Notes: generated by a model from the sequence alone, not told the origin. 64,000 nucleotides of DNA from an uncultured Spirochaetota bacterium (GCA_963734495.1 CAVTHK010000013.1:384001-448000); one strand, 5' to 3'; positions 31,979 through 42,949 are shown, counted from the first letter of the stretch. Numbers and translations: made by a program.

Positions 31979-33049
31979 GTGGCACGAGATTCGATGACGC
32001 CCCGCGAGCGCTGGACCGCGGTGCTCGAGCGCCGCGCCCCCGACCGCGTGCCCATGGATTACTGGGGCACGGACGAGACGGGCGACAAGCTCGATGCGCG
32101 CGCTCGGCGCGCCGGACCTCGACGCGGCGCTGGAGCGCCTTCACGTGGACCGTCCGCTCACCGTGGAGCCGGTCTACGCGGGCCCGCCGATCGCCGCCGA
32201 CGCCGACGTGTTCGGCGTCGCGCTACCGCATCGTGGACTACGGGACCGGCGCGTACCGCGAGGCGGTCGCGCACCCGATCGCGGGCTTCCGGACCGTCGA
32301 CGAGCTGCGAGCGCTCGTACAGGTGGCCCGAGCCCGACTGGTGGGACTACTCCACGATCCGCGCCCAGGTGCGCGGGCAGAGAGCACCGGCCGATCCGCG
32401 GAGGCGGCAGCGAGCCCTTCCTCCAGTACGCGAAGATGCGCGGCCGGGAGCAGGCCTTTATCGACCTCGTCGAGAATCCCGAGATGGTGCACTTCTGCCT
32501 CGACCATCTCTTCGCCCTCGCCTACGAGAACACGCGTGCGCATCTACGAGCAGATCCCGGGGCAGGTGCTGATCTCGTACGTGGCCGAGGACCTCGGCGC
32601 GCAGGAGGGGCTGCTCTATTCGCCGGCGCAGATCCGGACGTTCCTGCTTCCCCGCATGAAGCGCATGATGGAGCTCGTGCGCGGCGCGGGCGCGTACGTG
32701 TTCCACCACAGCGACGGCGCGATCCGCGCGATCCTCCCCGACCTGATCGACGCGGGCATCGAGGTGCTGAACCCGGTCCAGTGGCGCTGCCGCGGCATGG
32801 AGCGGGCGGCGCTCAAGCGCGACTTCGGCGGCCGGCTCGTCCTTCACGGCGGGGTGGACAACCAGCGGACGCTTCCGTTCGGCTCGGCGGACGAGGTCCG
32901 CGCCGAAGTCGAGGAGAACCTGCGCGTGCTCGGCGCGGGCGGAGGCTACATCCTCGCGCCCTGCCACAACATCCAGCCGATCACGCCGGTCGAGAACATC
33001 GTCGCGATGTACGAGGCCGGCTACGAGATCGGGGCGCTCGATGCGCTGA
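31979..33049 (+). CDS. uroporphyrinogen decarboxylase (URO-D/MtaA-like) family protein, frameshifted; end approximate
   Basis: MTPRER…PDRVP…AEDLG…FHHSDG…LNPVQ…GGGYILAPCHNIQ..TPVEN. Confidence 0.88.
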
Positions 33050-33068
33050 ACCGCCGCGCGGGCGGCAG

Positions 33069-34247
33069 TCAGCGCGTGCCCGCCTCCCAGCCCGGGAGCG
33101 CGCGGCGGGTCCCGGCTTGTACGGCCGTCTTTGCGAGCTCGGCCTCGCGCAGCTCGATGCCGAGCCCCGGTTTCGTCGGGCAGCTCGATCGACCCGTCGC
33201 GCACCTCCAGCGGCTCCACGGCGATCTCGCGGCCGGTCTCCTCGAAGTTCACGAAATACTCGAGGATGATGAAGTTCGGCATCACGGCCGCCGCCTGCAC
33301 GCTGGCGGCCAGGGCCACCGTGGTGCTGTTGTAGTTGTGAGGCGCGACCGCGACCATCCAGGGCTCGGCCATCGCGGCGATCTCCTTGAGCTCGAGGATG
33401 CCGCCGCAGTTGCAGACGTCGGGGTTGATGATGTCGGCGGCGCGCTGCTCGAAGACCTCGCGGAAGGCCGGCCTTTGTGTACAGCGCCTCGCCCGTCACG
33501 ATCGGCAGGCCGGTGTCGCGCCGCACCTCGGCCAGCGCCCGGGAGGTTCTCGGGGGGCACCGGCTCCTCGTACCAGAAGGGCCGCAGCGGAGCGAGCTTC
33601 TTTCCGACGCTCCGGGCGACCGCCGGGGCGAGGCGCCGGTGCGCCTCGACCAGCACCTCGAAGTCGGGCCCGACCGCCTCGCGCACCGCCCGCACGTTGG
33701 CCACGGCCTGGTCTTCGGCCGCGGCGTCGATCCAGGAGCGCCACGGCCCGGGGAACGGGTCGAACTTGAGCGCGCTAAAGCCGCGCGCCTTGACCTCGCG
33801 GGCCGCCCGCGCCAGGTCCTCGGGCGTGCGGCAGCCGGCGTACCAGCCGTTGGCGTAGACCCGGATGCGCGGCCGCACGGCGCCGCCTAAGCATCTGGTA
33901 GACGGGCACGCCGAGCTGCTTGCCCGCCAGGTCCCACATCGCCTGCTCGAGGCCGCTCGCCGCGCAGTAGAGGTCCATCGATCCCCGGCGCGCCGCGAAG
34001 TCGTCGTAGACCATCTGCAGGAAGTGCTTGGTGGTAAAAGGGGCTCGCGCCTTCGAGGTAGCGGCCGAGCTCGTGCACGAGCAGCTCGATGCTGCGGTCG
34101 CGGTCCGGCAGCGTGTACGACTCGCCCCAGCCCGGCCAGGCCGTTGTCGGCCTCCAGGCGGACGAACAGCCACTGCTTGTGCCCGATGAACCCGGCGCGC
34201 GCCGCGCTCGGGTCGACGAGAAAGGTGCGGACGCCCTTGATCTTCAT
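33069..34247 (-). CDS. mandelate racemase/muconate lactonizing enzyme family, galactonate dehydratase-like, frameshifted
   Basis: YANGW, ALKFDPF, LVEAH, WYEEP, TGE, NPDVCNCGG, APHN and ILEYF motifs. Confidence 0.9.
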
Positions 34248-34302
34248 GCGGCGCGAGAATAGAGCGGCCGACCCCCGGCGGAGCAAGCGGCTCGCCCGCT
34301 GG

Positions 34303-35366
34303 CTACTGCGGCAGCATCGCCGCCAGCGCGCGCATCCGCCGAGCCCGGGTCCGGATCGCCCCGTAGACCCCGTCGGCGTGCTCCTTGATGGTGCACTGCG
34401 TGTTCGTGTACGGGTTGGCGGCTGTCGCGCGGTCGACCTGCTCCACCCACTCGGGCGGGACCGCGCCGATGCCGGAGAGCGCGCCAGCCAGGCCGCCGGC
34501 CATCGCCGCGATGCAGTCGGTGTCGCGCCCGAAGTTGACGCCGTACAGGATCGCGGTCTTCGCGTCGCCCCTTCGCGAGGGCGAAGACCGACAGCGCCTT
34601 GGTCACCGTCTCGCTCGCGCTCGACATCGCGTAAGGGGTCCCCGACCCCGTTGTAGATCCTGTAGAACTCATCCCGGGCCGCCTCGTAGGCGCCCGTCCG
34701 CTTCACGATCTCGAGCCCGCGCTCCACCTCGCGCCTGATGGGCTCGGTCGCGAGCGCCGAGCGCCGTGGAGAGGACGGAGTCGACGGTCGCTTCGGGCAT
34801 GAGCGCCGCCGCGATCGCGGCGTCGTAGACGCCGGCCCAGACCAGGCCGATGTCGGCGGGGCCGAAGATCAGCCGGCCGACGTCGGCGGCATCGCGGAAC
34901 GCGCCGGCGGGGTCGCACGCGTTGATCAGGCCGATGGGATGGCTCGCGCGCGCCATGGCGTTCAGCCCGTGCCAGGCGCTGAGGCCGCCCACCTCCACCG
35001 CCGGCACCCCGACCTTCATGAAGCGCACGAGCTTGATGTCGTCGGGCTCGCTCATGTACCACATCTTGTCCGGGTCGACGACTTCGGCCGCGACCTTCGC
35101 CAGGTCCTCGGCGGTGATGCGGTCCTGCTTCGCGATGATCGCCCGGCACATCAGCTTCTGCCGCTCGATCCCGTCCTCCGTCGTCCCGGGCATCCGCTCC
35201 CAGTCGACGCCGCGGTAGGCGTAGTGCTTGTACGGGTGGAACGGTCCACGAACCCGTAGGTGTCCCGGATGCGCTCGGGCGACCAGCCCTCCACGGCCGC
35301 CCCCATCGCGGAGGCGACGCGCGAGGCCGCCAGGCAACCGTAGACTTTCTCGTGCATGCTGGGCAT
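34303..35366 (-). CDS. ADP-ribosylglycohydrolase family protein (divergent), copy B, frameshifted
   Basis: [20 protein letters not shown]…TTEDG…[10 protein letters not shown]…[23 protein letters not shown]. Confidence 0.85.
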
Positions 35367-35393
35367 GAATCCTCCTATCTCGACGTTTGCCGC

Positions 35394-36423
35394 TCAGGCG
35401 GCGGGCACTCCGGACAAAGAAAGCTCGCGGGCCCGATGGCAGCTCGCCGCGTGGCCTGGTACCACCTCTTCCAGCGGCGGGGGCTCCACGCGACAGCGGT
35501 CGACCACGTAGGGGCACCGCGGATGGAACGGGCAGCCCGGGGGCGGGTTGGCAGGGTCGGGCACTTCGCCCTCGAGGATGATCCTTTCGATCTTCGTCTC
35601 GGGATCGGTCTTGGGGACGGCGGACATCAGCGCCTCGGTGTACGGGTGCCTGGGGTTGAGGTAGAGCTCCTCGGTTTCGGCGACCTCGACGAGCTTGCCG
35701 ACGTACATGACGGCGACGCGGTCCGAGATGTGCTCGACCACGCTCAGGTCGTGAGAGATGAACAGCGTAGGTCAGCTGCAGCTCGCTCTGCAGGTCCTGC
35801 AGGAGGTTCAGGGTCTGCGCCCTGACCGAAACGTCGAGCGCCGAGACCGGCTCGTCGGCGACCACGAGCCGGGGCCGGGTCGCGAGGGCGCGCGCGATCC
35901 CGATGCGCTGGCGCTCGCCGCCGCTGAACGCGTGCGGATAGCGCCGCATGTATTCGGGCCGCAGGCCGACCCGTTTGAGCATGTCGGCGACGCGGTCTTC
36001 GAGCTCCCTGCCCCGCGCGAGGCGATTCACCAGCAGCGGCTCGCCGACGATCTCCAGGAGGGTCATCCGGGGGTTCAGGGAGGAATACGGGTCCTGGAAG
36101 ATCATCTGCATGTCGCGCCGCAGAGGCTGCATCCCCCTGTCGTCGATCCGTGCCACGTCGACGACGTCGTCAGGCGCGCGGGCAAAAAGGATCTCGCCGC
36201 TCGTCGGCTCGATCCCGCGGAGCACGCAGCGGCCCGCGGTCGTCTTGCCGCAGCCGCTTTCGCCCACGAGGCCGAGGGTCTCGCCCTCGGCGATGGCGAA
36301 GCTCACGTCGTCGACGGCCTTGACCGTCCCGACGGCCCGCCTGAGAAGCCCGCGGCGCACCGGAAAGTGCTTGCGGAGGCGCCTGACCTCCAGGAGCGGC
36401 GCGTCGCCACGCGAGCCGCTCAT
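35394..36423 (-). CDS. oligopeptide/dipeptide-type ABC ATP-binding protein (OppF-like), frameshifted
   Basis: [26 protein letters not shown] and a C-terminal GCPFHPRC Fe-S domain. Confidence 0.93.
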
Positions 36424-37446
36424 GGCGATCCCCCGTAGAGAAAGCAGGCGACCTTGCGGGCACCGCCCAGATCCACGAGAGGCGGCTGCGTCGCGTCGCA
36501 GACGCCCGGCATGAACGAGGGGCAGCGCGGGTGGAACGGGCAGCCCGTCGGCCTGTGGTAAGGGCTCGGCACCATCCCGGACACCGGCGTGAGGCGGGCG
36601 CGGGCTTTCCTGCCGACCTTCGGGATGGAGCTCAGCAGAGCCTGCGTGTACGGATGCTTCGGGTCGCGGAAGAGGCGGACCACATCGGAAACCTCCACCA
36701 CGCGGCCCAGGTACATGACGACGACGCGCTGCGCCACCTCGGCGACCACGCCGAGGTCATGGGTGATCATCACGATCCCCATGCCGTGCTCCTGCTTGAG
36801 GCGCATCATCAGGCGCAGGATCTGCGCCTGCGTGGTCACGTCCAGCGCGGTCGTCGGCTCGTCCGCGATCAGGAGCGCCGGCCTGCACGACAGCGCCATG
36901 GCGATCATCACCCTCTGCCGCATGCCGCCGCTCAGCTTGTGCGGGTACTCGTCGACGAGCTGCTCGGGCTGCGCCATTCCCACCTCGCGCAGCAGCGCGA
37001 CGGCCTCCTCGCGGGCGCCGGCGGCCGTGACGTCCCGGTGCTGCCGGATCGCCTCGATGACCTGGTTCCCCACGGTGTAGACCGGGCTGAGCGCCGTCAT
37101 CGGCTCCTGGAAGATCATGGCGATCTCGGCCCCGCGTATCGAGCGGATCTCCGCGCCGTTCGGCGTCGAGCCCGGCCAGGTCGACGACACCGTCCGAGGC
37201 CCGGGGCTTCACCAGGCCCCGATGATAGAGGATGCGTCCCTCCACGATCCGCCCCGGCTGGTCGACGATCCGCAGGATCGAGCGGGCGGCGACGCTCTTG
37301 CCGCAGCCGCTCTCGCCGACGACCCCGAGGGTCTCGCCGACCCTGATGTCGAAGGTCGCGCCGTCGACAGCCTTGACCGTCCCTTCGTCCAGGGGGAACT
37401 GCGTCTTGAGGTTCTCGATGCTGATGAGGACCGGCGGTTCCGCCAT
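36420..37446 (-). CDS. oligopeptide/dipeptide-type ABC ATP-binding protein (OppD-like), frameshifted
   Basis: [16 protein letters not shown] and [10 protein letters not shown] motifs. Confidence 0.93.
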
Positions 37447-37448
37447 GC

Positions 37449-38618
37449 TCACCGGCCGTACGGGTCGGCCGCGTCGCGCAGGCCGTCGCCGAGAAAGTTC
37501 AGCGCGAGGACCGCGAGCACGACGGCCGCGCCGGGTATGAGGAGCCACGGCGCCGTCGCGACCGCGCGGATGTTCTGCGCGTCCTGCAGCAGCACGCCCC
37601 AGCTGATCGCCGGGTACCGGAGACCGAGGCCGAGAAAGCTCAAGGCGGTCTCGCTCAGGATCATCTCGGGCACGGCGAGCGTCAGCGCCGCGATGATATG
37701 GCTCATGAACGAGGGCACCATGTGGCGGAAGATGATCCGCGTCCGCGAAGAGCCGTTGATCCTGGCGGCCATCACGAAGTCTTCTTCGCGCAGCGCCAGG
37801 AAGCGGCCGCGCACGACGCGGGCCAGGCCGGTCCACCCGACCAGGGACAGGATGATCGTGATGCCGAAGTACACGCGTACCGGCGGCCAGCTGGGGGGCA
37901 GGGCCGCGGTCAACGACATCCACAGGGGCATCGTCGGCATCGAGCGAAGGAACTCGATCACCCGCTGGATCGCGGTGTCGAGCGTCCCGCCGTAGTAGCC
38001 GGAGACGCCGCCGATCGCGACCCCCAGCACGAAGCTGAGGATCACGCCGACGAGGCCGACCGACATCGAGATGCGAGCGCCGTAGACCACCCTGGAATAC
38101 AGGTCCCGCCCCTGGGCGTCGGCGCCGAAGAGGAACACCCGCCCGTCGGCGCCCGCGACGCCGAAGAGGTGGAAATCGGCCGGGAACAGCCCCCAGAGCT
38201 TGTAGGGCGCGCCCCGCACAAAGAGGCGTACGGGGTACGCTTTGCTCGTGTCTGTCCGGTAGACCATGGCCAGGGTCTCAAGATCACGTTTCTGGGTGTG
38301 GCCGTAGACGAACGGCCACAGGTGCGGGCGTCCCGCCGCGTCGACCCAGCGCAGCGGCGTCGGCGGCTCGTAGGCGTGCCGCCTGTCCTGAGCTTCCGGA
38401 TCGTATGCGGAGAGCGGCTCGGCGAAGATCGCCACGAGGTACAGGATGATCACGACCACGCCGCAGGCAATCGCCAGGCGGTGCTTGCGGAACTTCCACC
38501 AGACGAGCTGCCACTGGGAGGCCACGTAGACGCGCTCGTCCGCCGCGTCGATGATCGGCGGATGGATCACCTTCTTCCTCAGCCTCAGCCTCAGCCTCAG
38601 GCTCAGCCTCAGACCCAT
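37449..38618 (-). CDS. ABC permease (OppC-like)
   Basis: FGADAQGRDLYSRV, EDFVMAARING and NFLGDGLRDAADP motifs. Confidence 0.93.
   Translation of the reverse strand: MGLRLSLRLRLRLRKKVIHPPIIDAADERVYVASQWQLVWWKFRKHRLAIACGVVVIILYLVAIFAEPLSAYDPEAQDRRHAYEPPTPLRWVDAAGRPHLWPFVYGHTQKRDLETLAMVYRTDTSKAYPVRLFVRGAPYKLWGLFPADFHLFGVAGADGRVFLFGADAQGRDLYSRVVYGARISMSVGLVGVILSFVLGVAIGGVSGYYGGTLDTAIQRVIEFLRSMPTMPLWMSLTAALPPSWPPVRVYFGITIILSLVGWTGLARVVRGRFLALREEDFVMAARINGSSRTRIIFRHMVPSFMSHIIAALTLAVPEMILSETALSFLGLGLRYPAISWGVLLQDAQNIRAVATAPWLLIPGAAVVLAVLALNFLGDGLRDAADPYGR
38577..38612 (-). repeat. in-frame hexamer tandem repeat (CTGAGS)x6 at the 5' end of the OppC-like gene
   Basis: ATG GGT CTGAGG CTGAGC (CTGAGG)4 AAG, encoding MG-LRLSLRLRLRLR-KK. 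Confidence 0.8.
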
Positions 38619-38639
38619 GACCGCCTCACCACGCCTCCC

Positions 38640-39625
38640 CTACTGCAGCCGGATCCGCGGATCGAGCCAGGCAAGCAGGATGTCGGAGATCAGCGTCCCG
38701 ATCACAGTCAGGATGCTGAGCATCATCACGATCGTCCCCGCGAGGTACATGTCCTGCGACAGCAGTGCACGCAGCAGGATCGGTCCTGTGGTCGCGCAGG
38801 TTGAGCACCACCGAGACGATCACCGACCCGGAGACCAGGCCCGGCAGCGTCCAGCCGACCGTGCTGATAAAAGGGTTCAGCGCGACGCGCACGGGGTGCT
38901 TGAGGATGAGCTTCGCCTCGGGCATCCCCTTGGAGCGGCTGGTGACCACGTAGGGCTTGTGCAGCTCGTCGAGCAGGTTGGCGCGCATGATGCGGATCAG
39001 GCCCGCGGTGCCCCCCATCCCGAGCACGACCATCGGGATCCAGAGGTGCTTGAGCAGGTCCAGCAGCTTGCCGACGCTCCACGGCGCGTCGACGTACCGC
39101 GTCGAGAAGAGGCCTCCCACGCTGATGCCGAACCACGAAAAGGCCAGCCACATGACGACCAGGGCGAGCAGGAACGGGGGGATGCCCAGCCCCACGAAAG
39201 ACAAGAAGGTAAAGACGTGATCGCCGACCGAGTACTGCCTGATCGCCGAGTAGATGCCGACTGGAAAGGCGACGATCCAGATAAAGACGAGCGAGCCCAG
39301 CGACAGCACGAAGGTCAGCCCGATGCGCTCCCAGATCAGGTCCTTGACCGGCGTCTTCCACGTGAGCGACATGCCGAAGTCTCCGTGCAGCATGCCGCCG
39401 ACCCACTTGAGGTACTGGACGGTAGATCGGCTTGTCGAGGCCGTACTGCGCCTTGAGCGAGTCGATCAGGGCCTGGTCGACGAGCTGCCCCGCGCTCTCC
39501 AGGGTCATGATGTACGAAGTGAGGAAGTCACCGGGCGGCAGCTGGATGACGGCGAACGATATGATCGAGATCAGGATGATGGTGGGAATGAGGAGAAGCA
39601 CTCTCCGCGCAACGAACTCGAGCAT
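38640..39625 (-). CDS. ABC permease (OppB-like), frameshifted
   Basis: QLPPGD, YGLDKP, GDFGMS, RIMRANLLDE and LDPRIR motifs. Confidence 0.92.
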
Positions 39626-39641
39626 GGGTCTTCGCAGCCGG

Positions 39642-40754
39642 TCAGTCGGCGGCCTGCGCCGCCTCCAGGTCGGCCAGCCGGCGCTTCGACTTCTGCATCT
39701 CGTTCAGGACCGCCCCGTAGAGGCCGTCGGCCGTCTCGCGGCAGGAGAGATGGGAGACGGTGTGCTCGGCCGCCGCCTCGGCCTTGTCCACGGTCTCGAT
39801 CCACCGCCGCGGGATCGTTGCCGTGCCGCTCAGGGCGCCCGAGAAGCCGGACGCGATCGCGGTCACGCAGTCGGTGTCGCGTCCGAAGTTGACGCCGCCG
39901 ATGATCGTCTTCTTCACGTCACCGGCGGTGACGTAGAAGATCGCGAGGCCTTTGGCGAGCAGCTCCTCGCTGAAGTCGCCGGGAAGGCCCGCGTAGCGGG
40001 CGTTCATCTCGTCGCGCATGGCGAGCGCGTCCCCGTGCTTCGCCGCGACCTCCATGCAGGCGTCGATCTCGGCGCGCACCGCGTCGCCGCAGTGGCGGCG
40101 CACGGTCTCTACGACGGCGTCGCGCGTGGCCCGCGGCTTGCACGCTTCGGCCAGCCCGGCGACGTAGGCCGCCGCGCAGGGGAGGCCCGTGCTGAACGTG
40201 GGCTGGTAGAGCATGCCGACCTCCCACGCGTCGCGGGCCGCGGACTCGGGGTCGCACGCGTTGACAAGCCCGATCGGGTGGCAGGCGCGAGTGAACGAAA
40301 CGATTCCAGGCCAGGCCGAGAACATGCCGACGTAGTTGGCCGGCACCCCCGCCTTGACGAAGGGGTACAGCAGCGCGTCGCCGACCCACATTCGGTAGCC
40401 GAAGTCGCGTTTCTCGTCGACGTCGCGCACGATGACGGCAGCGAGGTCGCTCGCCGTGATGCGTCCCTTCTTCTCTATGATCGCCGTGCAGATGAGCTTC
40501 TGGCGCTCGATCCCGTCCTCGGTCTCCCCCGCCCTGGCGTCCTGCGGGTAGCGCCAGAAGTACCTCTCCGACCAGGCCTGGGCGCGCCGCAGCACCGGCT
40601 CACTGGTGCGCGAAGGCCGGTCGGCGAGGTCCTCGACCACGCCGTAGACCTGCTTGATGCGTTCGACGCTCCACCCCTCGGTGAGCGTCCCCATGGATGA
40701 GCCGATCCGGGACGCGGCGATGCATCCGTAGATCCTGTCGTGCAGGTTAGCCAT
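39642..40754 (-). CDS. ADP-ribosylglycohydrolase family protein (divergent), copy A
   Basis: YGCIAASRIGSSMGTLTEGW…ETEDG…PIGLVNACDP…[23 protein letters not shown]. Confidence 0.87.
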   Translation of the reverse strand: MANLHDRIYGCIAASRIGSSMGTLTEGWSVERIKQVYGVVEDLADRPSRTSEPVLRRAQAWSERYFWRYPQDARAGETEDGIERQKLICTAIIEKKGRITASDLAAVIVRDVDEKRDFGYRMWVGDALLYPFVKAGVPANYVGMFSAWPGIVSFTRACHPIGLVNACDPESAARDAWEVGMLYQPTFSTGLPCAAAYVAGLAEACKPRATRDAVVETVRRHCGDAVRAEIDACMEVAAKHGDALAMRDEMNARYAGLPGDFSEELLAKGLAIFYVTAGDVKKTIIGGVNFGRDTDCVTAIASGFSGALSGTATIPRRWIETVDKAEAAAEHTVSHLSCRETADGLYGAVLNEMQKSKRRLADLEAAQAAD

Positions 40755-40822
40755 GAGACGATGCGTCCTCCCAAAACGCGCCTGAGGGCCGCGCAGCGGC
40801 CCCCAGGTCATCGGAACAGATC

Positions 40823-42790
40823 TCAGTCCTTGAAGTACCACTGCTCCGGGGCATACGGCAGCCAGAACCATTCGGCCGCGCCCCACCAGCTCCGCTTCTT
40901 GTCCGCGGCGAACACGTTCTCCAGGTTGTTCTTGATCACGACCGGCGACGGACCCTCGCCCACGATGCCGATAACCCAGAGATTCCTGGCGATGAGATCG
41001 TAGACCTTGATTCCGGCCTGCGCGTACTCCGGGGTGCCCATCACGGTCTCCTGCCACTTGCCGTAGGCATCGAAGAGATCCTTGGCCTCCTGCGGGGGCT
41101 CGGTCCCCGACTTTCCCCCCGAGATGAACCAGTCCCGCCACGCCTTGCCCCACGTGATGGCGGAGTCGCCGCCCGGGCCCAGTTTCTGCGTCGAGCCGTA
41201 GGTGTAGGCCGCGCGCTCGAGCTGCCGGTCGACGTGCCAGCCGCTGGCGTCGTGCGTCCCGGCGTTCAGCCGGGTGAGCAGGTAGCTGCGCTCGCGCTCG
41301 GCCGCATCGACCTTGAGCCCCACCTTGGCAAGCTGCTTCACCACGAGCTCGAAGGTCTGCTTCTTCGGGCCTTCATGCGGCAGGTATTCGAGCTGGAACG
41401 CCATCGGCTTTCCGTCGGGCCGCAGGCGCACGCCGTCCGGCCCCCTCTTGTCGAGGCCGACCGCGTCGAGCAGCTTGTTGGCGAGGGCCGGGTCGTACTG
41501 CGCGTAGTTGTCGGCCCATTCCTTCTTGAAGAACGAGGCGCTCTCGTTGATGGTGGCCTGCCTGGGCGTCGCCTGGCCGAGGAAGACCAGCTCATTGATC
41601 TCGTTGCGGTCGATCGCGACCGAGAGCGCCTGGCGGAACCGCACGTCGCCGAAGATCTGCTTGAGGACCGGGTCCTTGTGGTTCTGGTTCAGCGCGATCG
41701 CCACGTCGGCGCCTCGCTCCGAGGAGATCAGCCTGACCGTGTAGCCGCCGGCCTTCTCGCGTTCCTTGAGCACCGGATAGTTGATGAGCAGAAGGTCGAG
41801 CCCCGAGAAGCTCACGTCGCCCGAGATTGCCTTGAGGTTGACCACGTCGAGGCTCGAGGCGTACTCCACGGTCACCTTGTCGATGTAGGGGAGCTGCTTC
41901 CCCTGCGTGTCCACCTTCCAGTAGTACGGGTTGCGCTCGTAGTACTGGCGCTGGCTGTCGTTCTTGATCGGCCGCCAGGGGCCGAGCACCGGGATGTCGG
42001 CTTCCATGACGCCGTAGTTCCAGTTGAAGGCGATCTTGAGGAAGCGGGCCTTCCAGTCGTCAAAGCCCAACGCCTTGGCTTCCTTGTCCGCGTTGGGGTT
42101 GTACTTGATGTGGTACTTCTGCAGCCAGTGCTTCGGCCGCCAGGGCTCGATCGGCGCTCCGGAGTAGTGGATCAGGGCGAAGGCCGGGTTGGGCACCGCG
42201 AAGTCGAACCGCACGGTGTAGTCATCGACCTTGGTGACCTTCATCGGCTGCTTGCCCGGCTGCCACTGCGTCGACAGGGTGGGCGCAAGGTCCTTGTTGA
42301 ACTGGAAGTCGTCGAAGTAGAACATCATGTCGTCGGCGTTGAAGGGCTCGCCGTCGGACCACTTGATGCCCTTGCGCAGCCTGATCGTGCAGGTCTTGTT
42401 GTCGCTGGAGAACTCGTAGCCCTCGGCGACTTCGGGCGTGATCGTGTTGAGGTCGTCCGAGAAGCGGAAGAGGCCCGCGACCATCCCGATCTGCGCATCG
42501 TTGGTCGTCTCGGGCGCCAGGCCCGTGCCGTACAGCGTTCCGCCGTACTTTCCCACGGAGTTCGCGGGCTTCACGACGACCGGGTTGGGAGGCAGCCGCT
42601 GCGCCACCGGCGGGAGCTTGCCTGCCCGCACCAGCTCCGCGAGCATCGGCGCCTCGCTGAGCTTGCCGGGCGCCGCGGCCGCGGCCTGCGGCGTGCCCGC
42701 CTGCTCCGGCTTGCCGTTTGCCTGTATCGGAAGACTTGCGCACACGAGGAGCGCAAGCGCGACGAGAATGAACAGAGAGCGGTCCCTCAC
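40823..42790 (-). CDS. ABC substrate-binding protein, family 5 (OppA-like)
   Basis: EAPMLAELV..GKLPPV..RLP.NP…GKYGG…LRKGIKWSDG; signal peptide after the GTG start. Confidence 0.92.
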   Translation of the reverse strand: MRDRSLFILVALALLVCASLPIQANGKPEQAGTPQAAAAAPGKLSEAPMLAELVRAGKLPPVAQRLPPNPVVVKPANSVGKYGGTLYGTGLAPETTNDAQIGMVAGLFRFSDDLNTITPEVAEGYEFSSDNKTCTIRLRKGIKWSDGEPFNADDMMFYFDDFQFNKDLAPTLSTQWQPGKQPMKVTKVDDYTVRFDFAVPNPAFALIHYSGAPIEPWRPKHWLQKYHIKYNPNADKEAKALGFDDWKARFLKIAFNWNYGVMEADIPVLGPWRPIKNDSQRQYYERNPYYWKVDTQGKQLPYIDKVTVEYASSLDVVNLKAISGDVSFSGLDLLLINYPVLKEREKAGGYTVRLISSERGADVAIALNQNHKDPVLKQIFGDVRFRQALSVAIDRNEINELVFLGQATPRQATINESASFFKKEWADNYAQYDPALANKLLDAVGLDKRGPDGVRLRPDGKPMAFQLEYLPHEGPKKQTFELVVKQLAKVGLKVDAAERERSYLLTRLNAGTHDASGWHVDRQLERAAYTYGSTQKLGPGGDSAITWGKAWRDWFISGGKSGTEPPQEAKDLFDAYGKWQETVMGTPEYAQAGIKVYDLIARNLWVIGIVGEGPSPVVIKNNLENVFAADKKRSWWGAAEWFWLPYAPEQWYFKD

Positions 42791-42836
42791 ATCCAGCTCC
42801 TTTCGAGCCCGCCCGCAGGCGCGCTCGTGGTCGCGA

Positions 42837-42879
42837 ATATCGTACGGGAATTGTAGGATATGAAGTCCGGCGCGGTCAA
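42837..42879 (-). promoter_or_regulatory. sigma70-type promoter with an overlapping inverted-repeat operator for the ABC/ARH operon
   Basis: TTGACC-N18-TACAAT on the minus strand; inverted repeat ATATCGTAC-N7-GTAGGATAT (8/9 match) spans the -10 box. Confidence 0.6.
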
Positions 42880-42925
42880 ATTCGGCTGCACCCCGCTGCA
42901 CCCCGCCAAGCCCCGTCGAACCGGA

Positions 42926-42947
42926 CGCGGCGGAGGCCTCCGCCGCG
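42926..42947 (-). terminator. hairpin immediately after the XDH large-subunit stop
   Basis: Perfect 22-bp palindrome CGCGGCGGAGGCCTCCGCCGCG; weak U-tract. Confidence 0.45.
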
Positions 42948-42949
42948 GG

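Noticed and set aside
33050-33858. Long C-terminal extension of the URO-D ORF overlapping the dehydratase gene
   Set aside because: Family similarity ends near 33030; the extension is antisense to a real gene and probably reflects a missed stop caused by an indel.
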